This document shows, piece after piece, positions 63,874 through 64,000 of a DNA stretch of 64,000 nucleotides. Location: contig JAZUNQ010000013.1 in assembly GCA_045604205.1 (NCBI GenBank), positions 4,230 through 68,229 of the forward strand, in the 5' to 3' direction. The DNA is from Acutalibacteraceae bacterium. GTDB lineage: Bacteria; Bacillota; Clostridia; Oscillospirales; Acutalibacteraceae. How positions within the stretch are numbered: position 1 is the stretch's first letter; each line of letters starts with the position of its first letter. A program made the position numbers and the translations under genes. The notes under the pieces were generated by a model. It was not told the origin of the DNA. It did no database searches and saw nothing but the letters and a program-made list of their open reading frames with translations.

Positions 63874-63908
63874 GAAAGAGAGTCGAAAATAAACTCGACT
63901 CTCTTTTA
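63874..63908 (+). terminator. Rho-independent terminator of valS
   Basis: Stem GAGAGTCGA-aaataaac-TCGACTCTC followed by TTTT. Confidence 0.8.
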
Positions 63909-63973
63909 TATTACAGCAGATATATTTTTCTTTATCAAATTAATAAGCTTTAAATATATCCGCCGTATTAAAA

Positions 63974-63995
63974 AGGATTAATTGCTTAATCCTTG
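63974..63995 (-). terminator. Hairpin that would terminate a minus-strand gene lying beyond the right edge
   Basis: Stem AAGGATTAA-ttgc-TTAATCCTT with the T-run on the minus-strand side. Confidence 0.35.
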
Positions 63996-64000
63996 ATAGT

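Overview
This is a low-GC Firmicutes/Clostridia chromosomal core segment. The cohesin domain, SLH domains, WhiA, PolC plus DnaE, and CarD suggest a Ruminococcus/Oscillospiraceae-like anaerobe, but that is inference only. Nearly all genes are on the + strand and most are housekeeping. Left to right: the atpH(3' end)-A-G-D-C operon; an XRE regulator with an LRR/Cys-repeat/SLH surface protein; hprK-glcK-murB-rapZ(CTD only)-whiA-dnaE; pfkA; an unknown 563-aa protein; a CapA-like protein; a sigma70-TM-beta-propeller fusion; a Mor-like HTH with a second LRR/SLH paralogue; an orphan gene with phased short repeats; tRNA-Ala(GGC); rpmH-rnpA-yidD-yidC-jag; glmM; a clan-GH-D-like hydrolase; a membrane-anchored cohesin protein; a CarD-like regulator; a nine-gene aromatic amino-acid supraoperon behind a candidate Phe/Tyr leader-peptide attenuator; pyrH-frr-uppS-cdsA-dxr-(SGNH)-rseP-ispG-polC; an ECF sigma/anti-sigma pair; an M23 peptidase; a ParE/ParC-like type IIA topoisomerase; and valS. 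I recognised no CRISPR array, IS element, integrase or prophage. The most notable observations are: (1) PolC cleanly lacks its DnaQ-type proofreading domain. (2) A ribosome-mediated attenuator (leader MLFNNNFYFYYF...) sits in front of the aro operon. (3) A ~240-bp field of 20-21-bp-phased short repeats lies next to tRNA-Ala and an orphan gene. (4) A 118-bp multi-hairpin block with periodic AGGGA words is flanked by an 11-bp direct repeat. (5) One polypeptide combines a sigma factor, a TM segment and a beta-propeller. (6) A stand-alone RapZ C-terminal domain is present with yvcK missing. All functional calls come from reading the translations and DNA by eye; no database search was run.
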